Notes under the pieces: model-generated
Database searches by the model: none
Seen by the model: only the letters and a program-made list of their open reading frames with translations
What the model was told of the DNA's origin: nothing
Shown here: positions 42,412 to 49,631 of the stretch, piece after piece
How positions within the stretch are numbered: the first letter of the stretch is position 1
How the letters are laid out: each line of letters starts with the position of its first letter
IMG/VR virus record: IMGVR_UViG_3300021399_000004
Location: 64,001-128,000 of that record
Length of the DNA stretch: 64,000 nt
Strand: one strand, 5' to 3'
Origin: a virus
Program-made: the position numbers and the translations under genes

Positions 42412-42921
42412 ATGAAGATGACTGATTACAAGCAGGAAGCCCGTAAATTTTTGAAAGAATTTTCTCCTGCGTTAGAAAACTATAATGGTTCACTGACGTA
42501 TATGTGGCAGAAAGCCAAAGAATATAATAAAGGTAGAACGAAAATAAATCAAATTGTTTGTAGAAATGGTGCTACTCGGATAGCTCTTATCGGCAAGGAT
42601 TTTGTTGTAAAGATGGATTATGATGCTGATGATGATATAAAAATGTTTGGTGGATGCGGGAAAGAATACGCTTTGTATAGAAAATGTGTTCGTGAAAATT
42701 CGCCTTATTTGCATTGTTTATTGGAAATTGCTAAAATTAAAGTAGGCAATCATTTCTATTACATCATGCCAAAAGCAAACTATTGCGGGCATACTTCCTT
42801 CTTAAATTTCAATTGTGAAGAAAGAAACTGGCTGTATAGTCATGTAAATGATTTACATAATGGAAATATTGGAAAATATAACGGTAAACCTGTGGTTATT
42901 GATTATGCCTGTCAGTTCTGA
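42412..42921 (+). CDS. Hypothetical protein, 169 aa, with kinase-like DLHNGN...VIDYA motif
   Basis: Track ORF. SD GAAAGGAG. Hairpin GCCTGTCAG-TT-CTGACAGGC at the stop. Confidence 0.8.
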   Translation: MKMTDYKQEARKFLKEFSPALENYNGSLTYMWQKAKEYNKGRTKINQIVCRNGATRIALIGKDFVVKMDYDADDDIKMFGGCGKEYALYRKCVRENSPYLHCLLEIAKIKVGNHFYYIMPKANYCGHTSFLNFNCEERNWLYSHVNDLHNGNIGKYNGKPVVIDYACQF

Positions 42922-42944
42922 CAGGCATTTTCATTATTTGTAGA

Positions 42945-42964
42945 TTAGATGTTTGAACATCTAA
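42945..42964. repeat. 20-bp palindrome, copy 7/38
   Basis: Arms exact, centre TTGA. Confidence 0.95.
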
Positions 42965-43007
42965 CCTCTCTGGAAAAAAAGAAAAGCGGCCGAAGCCGCT
43001 TTAAGTG

Positions 43008-43340
43008 TTAGCCCTTCACCGTGTAGGTGTTGGGCTTGCCCTCGGTCTTGACAAGCTCGTCAGCCCACAGGCGGGTAATGGCGTACTGCACATTGCCACG
43101 GGTTACGCCGGTGGGCAGGTCATTCTGGCAAGCCTCGTAAACCTCGCTAACCGTCAGCGACACAGGAGTGGACTTGAACACGTTGAACACAATGTCCTTC
43201 ATAGTCGTATACATGTCGGACTTGGCAGCCTTGACCTCGGCGCCACGGTTCAGCTCCTTGTCAACGGCGGCAAGCAGCTCGGTCTGATCGGGCATGGTAG
43301 ACAGGATGTTGCGGATAGCAGTCAGAGAAGCCTTCGTCAT
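43008..43340 (-). CDS. wHTH-like protein, paralog family member 1 of 3, 110 aa
   Basis: Track ORF, alignable with 46723..47061 and 49632..49976 (LT..E.Y......LP.G.T.G...Y..TR.W.DE). Confidence 0.85.
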   Translation of the reverse strand: MTKASLTAIRNILSTMPDQTELLAAVDKELNRGAEVKAAKSDMYTTMKDIVFNVFKSTPVSLTVSEVYEACQNDLPTGVTRGNVQYAITRLWADELVKTEGKPNTYTVKG

Positions 43341-43408
43341 ATGGATACCCTTTCTGGTTTGTGGGGTTTTCCTTCCCCTGTTTTGTTGTTGTCCCTTGGG
43401 ACACTCTT

Positions 43409-43437
43409 ATTGTACCACACTTTAGTGTGCTTGTCAA
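43409..43437 (-). promoter_or_regulatory. SigA-type promoter
   Basis: TTGACA-17-TACAAT. Confidence 0.65.
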
Positions 43438-43439
43438 GG

Positions 43440-43512
43440 GAGTTTGGAAACTTTTTTTGAGTTTCAACTACGACCTTGCAACGGTGGTGTGGCTTGGAGT
43501 TCCCTCCTGACA
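43440..43512 (-). ncRNA. Candidate short non-coding transcript or long leader from an orphan promoter
   Basis: Promoter 43519..43547 has no ORF before the next promoter. Its 5' end AAATACTGTCAGGAGGGAA is shared with the unit at 47145..47249. Contains hairpin GAAACT-N7-AGTTTC. Confidence 0.3.
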
Positions 43513-43518
43513 GTATTT

Positions 43519-43547
43519 ATTATAGCAAAGGTTTAAGAAAAAGTCAA
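43519..43547 (-). promoter_or_regulatory. SigA-type promoter (orphan, no ORF)
   Basis: TTGACT-17-TATAAT. Confidence 0.65.
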
Positions 43548-43566
43548 GCAGACTCTTTTTAATGCT

Positions 43567-43586
43567 TTAGATGTTTAAACATCTAA
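43567..43586. repeat. 20-bp palindrome, copy 8/38
   Basis: Arms exact, centre TTAA. Confidence 0.95.
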
Positions 43587-43602
43587 AATGGCTGGGAGGG
43601 CG

Positions 43603-43815
43603 TTAGCCCTCCCCAATAATAGCCTCAACCAGAGGATGCCACGTCTTGATATGAGTCACAATCTGTACATCATCAGGATCAATGAAGCCACCGCAACAGC
43701 CGCAGATAATGGTCTGAATTTCATCGCCCTTGTAGATAGCGATACCCGCAATCTCCTGCCGCAATTCGGCAGGCACAGTCAAGTCGTAGAAGGTAATTTG
43801 TTCAGTGTACATCAT
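43603..43815 (-). CDS. Hypothetical protein, 70 aa
   Basis: Track ORF. SD GAGGAGGA. Hairpin GGGAGGGC-GTTA-GCCCTCCC at the stop. Confidence 0.8.
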   Translation of the reverse strand: MMYTEQITFYDLTVPAELRQEIAGIAIYKGDEIQTIICGCCGGFIDPDDVQIVTHIKTWHPLVEAIIGEG

Positions 43816-43817
43816 AA

Positions 43818-44003
43818 TTAGTCATCCTCCTCTACAATGTAGTCCATCTCAATCAGGTGCTTGGTCGTGGCGGAGTAGGTCAGGAACTGAATGGTGTTGC
43901 CCATGTACAGGCAGATCTGCCAGTAGTCGTCACGCTTGACCTCAATGAAGTTGGTCTTGGGGTTATTCAGAAGGGCATGAATCATGTTTTCGTATTCGGT
44001 CAT
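43818..44003 (-). CDS. Hypothetical protein, 61 aa
   Basis: Track ORF. SD AAAGGAG. Confidence 0.8.
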   Translation of the reverse strand: MTEYENMIHALLNNPKTNFIEVKRDDYWQICLYMGNTIQFLTYSATTKHLIEMDYIVEEDD

Positions 44004-44051
44004 CGTGAATCTCCTTTGGTTTGGTGGGTGTCCTTCCCTTGGTACGGTCTT

Positions 44052-44080
44052 ATTATACCATAGCGGGATTTTATTGTCAA
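44052..44080 (-). promoter_or_regulatory. SigA-type promoter
   Basis: TTGACA-17-TATAAT. Confidence 0.7.
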
Positions 44081-44108
44081 GAGATATATGCAGGAAAGTT
44101 AAAGAATA

Positions 44109-44128
44109 TTAGATGTTTGAACATCTAA
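44109..44128. repeat. 20-bp palindrome, copy 9/38
   Basis: Arms exact, centre TTGA. Confidence 0.95.
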
Positions 44129-44143
44129 TATAAATAAGGCCCA

Positions 44144-44434
44144 TTAGGGCCGTAGGTAATCAACAATGATTTCACCAGTATCAGCAGCGATGACTTGCAC
44201 TCTCGTGCAGTCTTTATCTCCAAGATAAATAGCAACAGAATGAAGTGCAGATACAATATCAGTAGTAAATTCTTCATAGTATTCTTCGCCATAATAGCGA
44301 AGGAGACAATAGCCTGGAAGGTAACTCAGAGTAATAGTTTCAGTTGGTTTACAATTGTGAATGAAGTCCATGGCAGATTCACGGGTCGCAAACTCTCGGT
44401 CAAGTCCTGTCGTCTCATTTGTAATCTTCCACAT
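44144..44434 (-). CDS. Hypothetical protein, 96 aa
   Basis: Track ORF. SD GAAGGAGG. Hairpin GGCCC-ATTA-GGGCC at the stop. Confidence 0.85.
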   Translation of the reverse strand: MWKITNETTGLDREFATRESAMDFIHNCKPTETITLSYLPGYCLLRYYGEEYYEEFTTDIVSALHSVAIYLGDKDCTRVQVIAADTGEIIVDYLRP

Positions 44435-44461
44435 ATTTGTGTACCTCCTTCGTACAATGGT

Positions 44462-44490
44462 ATTATACTATGAGATTAGGCGTGTGTCAA
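44462..44490 (-). promoter_or_regulatory. SigA-type promoter
   Basis: TTGACA-17-TATAAT. Confidence 0.7.
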
Positions 44491-44508
44491 GAGGAGTTCT
44501 AATGGCTA

Positions 44509-44528
44509 TTAGATGTTTGAACATCTAA
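44509..44528. repeat. 20-bp palindrome, copy 10/38
   Basis: Arms exact, centre TTGA. Confidence 0.95.
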
Positions 44529-44547
44529 TCCAGAAAGGCGGTGGCGG

Positions 44548-44940
44548 TTACACCGCCACCTCACGGTCGAGATACTGGTTAGGGTCGTCCTTCTCTTCTT
44601 CTTCCTGAGCCTTGGCGGCCTTGGCGGCCCGGCGGGCCTTGTCAGCGGCAATCTTAGCCGCCTTTTCCTTAGCCTTGGCTTCGGCCTTCGCCGCCTTGGC
44701 GGCCTTTTCCTCTTTCCACGCTTCAGCCTCCACAAAGGGGTCAAACACACCGCCCTTGGCAGTCTCGGTGAAGGACTTGGACTTAACCGTGATCTCAGTC
44801 CAAACCTCCTGACCGTCTACCTCCTGCAACACGGCGAACGAGGCATCACCAAACTGCACAGCGGCAAGCTGTTCCAGAACGTCATGCAGGGCAGTCAGGG
44901 TCATGGCACGAGCGGCGGACTTGGCTTCCAGAATCTTCAT
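44548..44940 (-). CDS. Protein with Lys/Ala-rich histone-H1-like C-terminal tail, 130 aa (paralog of 48920..49285)
   Basis: SD AGAAAGGG 8 nt before ATG (MKILEAK). Tail sequence EEKAAKAAKAEAKAKEKAAKIAADKARRAAKAAKA. Confidence 0.8.
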   Translation of the reverse strand: MKILEAKSAARAMTLTALHDVLEQLAAVQFGDASFAVLQEVDGQEVWTEITVKSKSFTETAKGGVFDPFVEAEAWKEEKAAKAAKAEAKAKEKAAKIAADKARRAAKAAKAQEEEEKDDPNQYLDREVAV

Positions 44941-44993
44941 AGGCAATTCCCTTTCTGGTTTTTTGGGGTTTTCCTTCCCCTTGGTACATGCTT

Positions 44994-45022
44994 ATTATAC
45001 AGGATTCTTTGGTAAAAGTCAA
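44994..45022 (-). promoter_or_regulatory. SigA-type promoter
   Basis: TTGACT-17-TATAAT. Confidence 0.7.
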
Positions 45023-45041
45023 GAATTTTTAGGGAGATAAA

Positions 45042-45061
45042 TTAGATGTTTGAACATCTAA
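45042..45061. repeat. 20-bp palindrome, copy 11/38
   Basis: Arms exact, centre TTGA. Confidence 0.95.
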
Positions 45062-45093
45062 TTTAGGTTTTAGGTAAAAGCCCTTGCGGGCTT

Positions 45094-46146
45094 TTACTTA
45101 ATAAATTCTTCAAGATGATTTTGATATTCAATAGCAAATTGCTTCTGGGCCGGGTCGGTCACGTCAGCATTGAAACGAGTAAGATACTGGATAATTTTGC
45201 CTTTGTGCGAAACTTCACATGTAATGCAGGGGGTATCTGGGGCAGAAATTTTCCGTACAGTAACAATGTAAGTTTCGTTATGAAATACTTTCGACATATA
45301 GAGATCTTCTACACAATTCTCTTGCGCCTTTGCTTCAATATGAAATGCTTCTTTGTTAAGAATTGGGCGCGCTTCATAATCCCGATATTGGAAGTAGAGG
45401 AATGGCTTGTCATTATTTTTAGTTAAAATAGAATCATAATTTTCTTGCTTATAAATTTTATAAAGATAGACCATTTTAGCATAAGCGGTTAAGAAATTAT
45501 GCGGCACTTTCACTTCATTATACATCATTATACTCATTTTATAATAGTTAATAATCAATTCTTCAAATTTAGGCTGGGCATAATATACATATGGATTATC
45601 ATCAATATTAGCAGAGAATGAATCAACATTTTCAAGAATCATTCGTTGTAGTATGGAGATAACGTAAGTACCGGGGATTTCTTGATGATGATATGCGATA
45701 GAACGAGCAATCTTTTTTGCCCAGTCGGGAAATCTTTCATGAGCAGGATAATTTTTAGAAAAGTTATAGGCGGCGACGGCGTTATCGCTATACATGCCAT
45801 TATAGTTATCTTTGATAAAGCTAACAAGCTCTTTAGTCAGACGGGAAGAGGAATCTAAAGCACTAAAACTTTCCGGAACTAATCCAACGGATATAAGCTG
45901 TTCAAGCCTGTTTGCTCTTGCTCGGGTGTACTTTTCTTTATAAGTTGATTCGTTCATTCTATACATATAGATAACACGAGCAAAAATATTATTACATGTA
46001 AGATTATTATAAGTAAATACTTGTGGAATGGTCTTAACAGGTTTATTAGACTTGCCGATGAAATTTCCAGTAGTGATATGCCACTTGCCCATCATCTCAT
46101 TCGCATGATATGCTACAATGTAATCTTTCTCTTTGATGAACTCCAT
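45094..46146 (-). CDS. Hypothetical protein, 350 aa (PcfJ-like C-terminal region, tentative)
   Basis: Track ORF and the largest cassette gene. Terminator AAAGCCC-TTGC-GGGCTTT. Confidence 0.8.
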   Translation of the reverse strand: MEFIKEKDYIVAYHANEMMGKWHITTGNFIGKSNKPVKTIPQVFTYNNLTCNNIFARVIYMYRMNESTYKEKYTRARANRLEQLISVGLVPESFSALDSSSRLTKELVSFIKDNYNGMYSDNAVAAYNFSKNYPAHERFPDWAKKIARSIAYHHQEIPGTYVISILQRMILENVDSFSANIDDNPYVYYAQPKFEELIINYYKMSIMMYNEVKVPHNFLTAYAKMVYLYKIYKQENYDSILTKNNDKPFLYFQYRDYEARPILNKEAFHIEAKAQENCVEDLYMSKVFHNETYIVTVRKISAPDTPCITCEVSHKGKIIQYLTRFNADVTDPAQKQFAIEYQNHLEEFIK

Positions 46147-46194
46147 GCCGGCAACCTTTCTGGTTTGAGGTGTTTTCCTTCACCTTTCGAGAGT

Positions 46195-46223
46195 AGTATA
46201 CCACCGATTCAAAGGATTGTCAA
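46195..46223 (-). promoter_or_regulatory. SigA-type promoter
   Basis: TTGACA-17-TATACT. Confidence 0.7.
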
Positions 46224-46241
46224 TAAGGAAAAATTCATAGA

Positions 46242-46261
46242 TTAGATGTTCAAACATCTAA
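46242..46261. repeat. 20-bp palindrome, copy 12/38
   Basis: Arms exact, centre TCAA. Confidence 0.95.
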
Positions 46262-46274
46262 CCTTAAAAGCCCG

Positions 46275-46562
46275 TTAGGGCTTTTTCGAGAAGTTCTTTT
46301 TTACATATGCCCGCAAGGTTTTTTCTGCCTGTTCGGGCGTGCGGCGACGAGTTGTGACAACATTCCAACAATCAAATGCCCCTGCTTCTTCACCGTATTC
46401 ATATATATCAGCGGCGCGCCAGGTATCATCGCCCCACCATTCTGTCATGGCATTTGCGTCAAACAAAGCGTAAGCTCCTTCCCACCCACAGTCCCAAGTG
46501 TCTACTACGGAAAGACAAACATACTGATGATTAGGAGTGCGGATTACTTCATGAAGATACAT
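46275..46562 (-). CDS. Hypothetical Trp-rich protein, 95 aa
   Basis: Internal ATG (MYLHEV) after the conserved leader and SD AGAAAGGA. Confidence 0.8.
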   Translation of the reverse strand: MYLHEVIRTPNHQYVCLSVVDTWDCGWEGAYALFDANAMTEWWGDDTWRAADIYEYGEEAGAFDCWNVVTTRRRTPEQAEKTLRAYVKKNFSKKP

Positions 46563-46613
46563 TTTGAATCCTTTCTGGTTTTCGGGATTTTCCTTTCCCT
46601 TTGGAACGCTTTT

Positions 46614-46642
46614 AGTATAGCATAAGATGATTTGGAAATCAA
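46614..46642 (-). promoter_or_regulatory. SigA-type promoter
   Basis: TTGATT-17-TATACT. Confidence 0.6.
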
Positions 46643-46660
46643 GTCTAATTTTTGATGAGT

Positions 46661-46680
46661 TTAGATGTTTTAACATCTAA
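46661..46680. repeat. 20-bp palindrome, copy 13/38
   Basis: Arms exact, centre TTTA. Confidence 0.95.
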
Positions 46681-46722
46681 TTAGAAGGCAAAGAAAAAGC
46701 GCCCGTAGGCGCTTTGCAGGGA

Positions 46723-47061
46723 TTACGCCCTGCGGTAGCAGTTGACGCCCTTGACGCCCTCAACCTTGACGATGGCGTCACCCCACAGGCGGGTCAGACC
46801 ATAGCTGACCTTGCCCTTGGTAAAGCCCTCGGGGAGCTTGTCAGCGCACTCGTCATAGATCTCAGCGGCAGTCAGCGGGGCAGTGGTCATCGCAAGGACT
46901 TCCAGCACAGCGGCCTTCGCTTCGTCATAGGCGGACTTGCGCTCAGCCTTGGCGGCTTCGCCACGGTGCAGTTCGGCGTTGAGTTCGTCCATGATGGCGG
47001 TATCAGAGTAGCCAGTCTCGGTCAGGTAAGCAACAACAGCGGACAGAGTAGCCTTCTTCAT
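46723..47061 (-). CDS. wHTH-like protein, paralog 2 of 3, 112 aa
   Basis: Track ORF. SD AGAAGGAG. Confidence 0.85.
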   Translation of the reverse strand: MKKATLSAVVAYLTETGYSDTAIMDELNAELHRGEAAKAERKSAYDEAKAAVLEVLAMTTAPLTAAEIYDECADKLPEGFTKGKVSYGLTRLWGDAIVKVEGVKGVNCYRRA

Positions 47062-47113
47062 ACGGGAATCTCCTTCTGGTTTGGTGGGTTTTCCTTCCCT
47101 TGATTACGTGGTA

Positions 47114-47142
47114 ATTATACCACAGATTTTGTTGGCTGTCAA
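47114..47142 (-). promoter_or_regulatory. SigA-type promoter
   Basis: TTGACA-17-TATAAT. Confidence 0.7.
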
Positions 47143-47144
47143 GA

Positions 47145-47249
47145 GGAAGTTTTAAGTTTCGCAAACTTTTTTTTAGCACTTTGCGAAGGTAGAATTTTTA
47201 AGGCGCGGTGTCAAGGTGCTCGCTTGTCTTGTGCCCTTCCCTCCTGACA
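47145..47249 (-). ncRNA. Candidate short non-coding transcript or long leader from an orphan promoter
   Basis: No ORF between promoter 47256..47284 and the next promoter. 5' end shared with 43440..43512. Contains hairpin TTCGCAAA-N13-TTTGCGAA. Confidence 0.3.
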
Positions 47250-47255
47250 GTATTT

Positions 47256-47284
47256 ATTATAGCCGATTCTTTGATAAAAGTCAA
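47256..47284 (-). promoter_or_regulatory. SigA-type promoter (orphan, no ORF)
   Basis: TTGACT-17-TATAAT. Confidence 0.65.
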
Positions 47285-47292
47285 ACAGTTAA

Positions 47293-47312
47293 TTAGATGT
47301 TTAAACATCTAA
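47293..47312. repeat. 20-bp palindrome, copy 14/38
   Basis: Arms exact, centre TTAA. Confidence 0.95.
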
Positions 47313-47326
47313 CTAGAAGAGGCACC

Positions 47327-47518
47327 TTAAAGGTGCTCTGCATGAACTTTGCGGCAGTATGGGCAATAAATATCAACGAAGTCATCATCTCCGTCAATGC
47401 AGACAGGTTTCAAATAAGTATAATCTACCATGAAGTAATGGCCACAATGGGGGCAACTGGTTTCATCATAGTAATAGGTAACTTCTTCGTAGTTCTTCTT
47501 CTGATACTTGCTCATCAT
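47327..47518 (-). CDS. Zinc-ribbon protein, 63 aa
   Basis: Track ORF. CPHCG...CPYC. SD GGAGGG. Confidence 0.8.
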   Translation of the reverse strand: MMSKYQKKNYEEVTYYYDETSCPHCGHYFMVDYTYLKPVCIDGDDDFVDIYCPYCRKVHAEHL

Positions 47519-47568
47519 TTGTTAAGCCCTCCGTGTTTTCATTTGATTTTTAAGATACATAATTGTCA

Positions 47569-47757
47569 TTACGTTTTCCCGTTAATGCAGATAATTTCAT
47601 TTACGGTAGGATCAGTAACTATGAGGACTTTCTTGCAATTAATCAGAGCGCCATGCCCAGACAGGGCAATCTTGAGAATATTGAAAGGCATGGGGTTTGG
47701 CGACCGAACAATGAACTTGTCTGCAAATTCATACACATACTTGATATGATTCTCCAT
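47569..47757 (-). CDS. Hypothetical protein, 62 aa
   Basis: Second ATG (MENHIKY) of the track ORF is the one correctly spaced from AGAAAGGA. Confidence 0.75.
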   Translation of the reverse strand: MENHIKYVYEFADKFIVRSPNPMPFNILKIALSGHGALINCKKVLIVTDPTVNEIICINGKT

Positions 47758-47795
47758 TCGGGATTCCATCCTTTCTGTTCCCTTGGAACAATTGC

Positions 47796-47824
47796 ATTAT
47801 AGCATAAAATTAAATTGCTGTCAA
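47796..47824 (-). promoter_or_regulatory. SigA-type promoter
   Basis: TTGACA-17-TATAAT. Confidence 0.7.
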
Positions 47825-47841
47825 GAGGCCTGGAAATAATA

Positions 47842-47861
47842 TTAGATGTTAAAACATCTAT
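47842..47861. repeat. 20-bp palindrome, copy 15/38 (last base changed)
   Basis: TTAGATGT-TAAA-ACATCTAT. Confidence 0.9.
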
Positions 47862-47902
47862 ATAATTTAGACTCGTTCTACAACAAGTCTAAATTTATTT
47901 CT

Positions 47903-48211
47903 TTATACTGTGCGCCTTTCAATAAAGTTCTTAAGTAGTTCTGCCAACTCATGAGCAGTATGCATACTCACATCATCATAATCCCATGGGAATCCCATAG
48001 TTTCCCACATTCCTATAGCATTACCATATGAGCCATCATGGAGGATCGCATCTCCAGGAAGTCCTTCAAAGGTAATTTGAAAACCATTCTGGTAAAACCA
48101 AATGTCTTCAATCTTAATATTATATCGATCGAGTTCAGTGAGAAAAGTATGCAGACTATTGACATAAGTCATGTTAAGGGGAACACGAGTAAATTCAGAG
48201 TAAGTACGCAT
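47903..48211 (-). CDS. Hypothetical protein, 102 aa
   Basis: Track ORF. SD AAAAGGAG. Confidence 0.85.
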   Translation of the reverse strand: MRTYSEFTRVPLNMTYVNSLHTFLTELDRYNIKIEDIWFYQNGFQITFEGLPGDAILHDGSYGNAIGMWETMGFPWDYDDVSMHTAHELAELLKNFIERRTV

Positions 48212-48261
48212 AGATTTTTCTCCTTTTGGTTTAGAGTTTTCCTTCTCCTAATTACAATTGG

Positions 48262-48290
48262 AGTATACTATATTTATGGTATTTTGTCAA
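48262..48290 (-). promoter_or_regulatory. SigA-type promoter
   Basis: TTGACA-17-TATACT. Confidence 0.7.
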
Positions 48291-48297
48291 CATAAAA

Positions 48298-48317
48298 TTA
48301 GATGTTCAAACATCTAA
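48298..48317. repeat. 20-bp palindrome, copy 16/38
   Basis: Arms exact, centre TCAA. Confidence 0.95.
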
Positions 48318-48329
48318 TCTACAAGGCCC

Positions 48330-48767
48330 TCACAAGAGGGTCTTGAGAATTTCAATAATACGGTCAGGGGTATAAGCCGTGTCATGCCAATCATCACGGT
48401 TTTTCTGTTCATCATCGAACAGGATTCCGCCGCCGCAAGTTAAATATTTATTAGTTCCATATCTGACAACTTTGATCTCGTCCCATTCAACCGAGGGCAA
48501 GTGATGAATCAGCCATTCCCTTTTTGCCATTTCTACGGCGGTATTAAATGCTTCGCTTCCGGTTTTAGAAGTCCAGCTAATAATACCAATTTTCCAGCCC
48601 TTGTCCTGCAAGCGATTGAGCAGCCTTGCAAGAAGGCTAAAGTTCAGCATGACTTTAGCGTTTTTGTAGGGGAAAGTATCCTCTCTATTCAGATAGTCAA
48701 GCCACCCTTCCACCTCATACAGGGCGGCGATTGTCCCATCCATGTCAAACCAAATTTCTTTCTTCAT
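48330..48767 (-). CDS. HAD-family 5'(3')-deoxyribonucleotidase-like protein, 145 aa
   Basis: DMDGT motif at the N-terminus and FDDE later in the sequence. Confidence 0.75.
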   Translation of the reverse strand: MKKEIWFDMDGTIAALYEVEGWLDYLNREDTFPYKNAKVMLNFSLLARLLNRLQDKGWKIGIISWTSKTGSEAFNTAVEMAKREWLIHHLPSVEWDEIKVVRYGTNKYLTCGGGILFDDEQKNRDDWHDTAYTPDRIIEILKTLL

Positions 48768-48818
48768 CTTGTTTATCCTTTCTGGCTTTAGAGATTCTTT
48801 CCTTTTGGGAACAATGAC

Positions 48819-48847
48819 AGTATAGCATACATTAAAAAAGAAGTCAA
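48819..48847 (-). promoter_or_regulatory. SigA-type promoter
   Basis: TTGACT-17-TATACT. Confidence 0.7.
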
Positions 48848-48866
48848 GGTAGAAAATGAAATAAGA

Positions 48867-48886
48867 TTAGATGTTTGAACATCTAA
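48867..48886. repeat. 20-bp palindrome, copy 17/38
   Basis: Arms exact, centre TTGA. Confidence 0.95.
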
Positions 48887-48919
48887 ATTTTAGGACGAGG
48901 CGTTAGACGCCTCTAATGG

Positions 48920-49285
48920 TTACTGAGTATTTTCCTTCAACTTCTGCTTGGCAGCACGCTTGGCATTGTCGGCCGCAATTTTCGCCGCTTTCTTGGCGTC
49001 GGCTGCCGCCTTCTTCGCCTTCTTCTCTTCCATGTCAAGGCGGTACTCTTCGGCGGCGGCGTAGGCATCGTACTCAATGTAACCGCCCTGTCCGTCACGA
49101 GTACCACGGGGGATAGATACCTTGACAAGTGCAAACTTCTCATTCTGTGCGCTGTCAAGTACGGGGATGGCGATTTCGTTTCCGCTAACGTCAATAGCGT
49201 CTACGTCAAAGTGGGCGGCAAGCGCCTGGCGGATCACGTCAAGAACCTCATTGCGGATGGGGGTGTTCAGTTCTTCCTTGCTCAT
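48920..49285 (-). CDS. Protein with Lys/Ala-rich H1-like tail, 121 aa (paralog of 44548..44940)
   Basis: Tail sequence EEKKAKKAAADAKKAAKIAADNAKRAAKQK. Confidence 0.85.
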   Translation of the reverse strand: MSKEELNTPIRNEVLDVIRQALAAHFDVDAIDVSGNEIAIPVLDSAQNEKFALVKVSIPRGTRDGQGGYIEYDAYAAAEEYRLDMEEKKAKKAAADAKKAAKIAADNAKRAAKQKLKENTQ

Positions 49286-49330
49286 ACGTTACTCCTTTTG
49301 GTTTAGAGTTTTCCTTCTCTCATCGTGTAC

Positions 49331-49359
49331 AGTATACCATAGTTAGAAAGAAAAGTCAA
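49331..49359 (-). promoter_or_regulatory. SigA-type promoter
   Basis: TTGACT-17-TATACT. Overlaps the stop of 49356..49505. Confidence 0.7.
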
Positions 49360-49505
49360 GGGGTATCGTCGCAAAAGCTGGTGAAAATTCCAAAGATACC
49401 CAGCATTATAAATGCAAGCACGCCGAAGATGGTGTCTCCAAAGATTGCAAATGCGGCCAATAGTGCAACGATGATCCCAAAGATCAAGTACCCGATAGCG
49501 TTCAT
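49356..49505 (-). CDS. Two-TM membrane peptide, 49 aa
   Basis: SD AAAGGAGG before the internal ATG (MNAIGY). Confidence 0.7.
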   Translation of the reverse strand: MNAIGYLIFGIIVALLAAFAIFGDTIFGVLAFIMLGIFGIFTSFCDDTP

Positions 49506-49533
49506 ACTTGACTCCTCCTTTATTTTCATGTAT

Positions 49534-49562
49534 ATTATAGCATAAAATTTTATAGTTGTCAA
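49534..49562 (-). promoter_or_regulatory. SigA-type promoter
   Basis: TTGACA-17-TATAAT. Confidence 0.7.
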
Positions 49563-49569
49563 ATAATTA

Positions 49570-49589
49570 TTAGATGTTTAAACATCTAA
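49570..49589. repeat. 20-bp palindrome, copy 18/38
   Basis: Arms exact, centre TTAA. Confidence 0.95.
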
Positions 49590-49631
49590 CTACTGCTGAT
49601 TAAAAAAAGAGGGCCGAAGCCCTCTTGTGGA

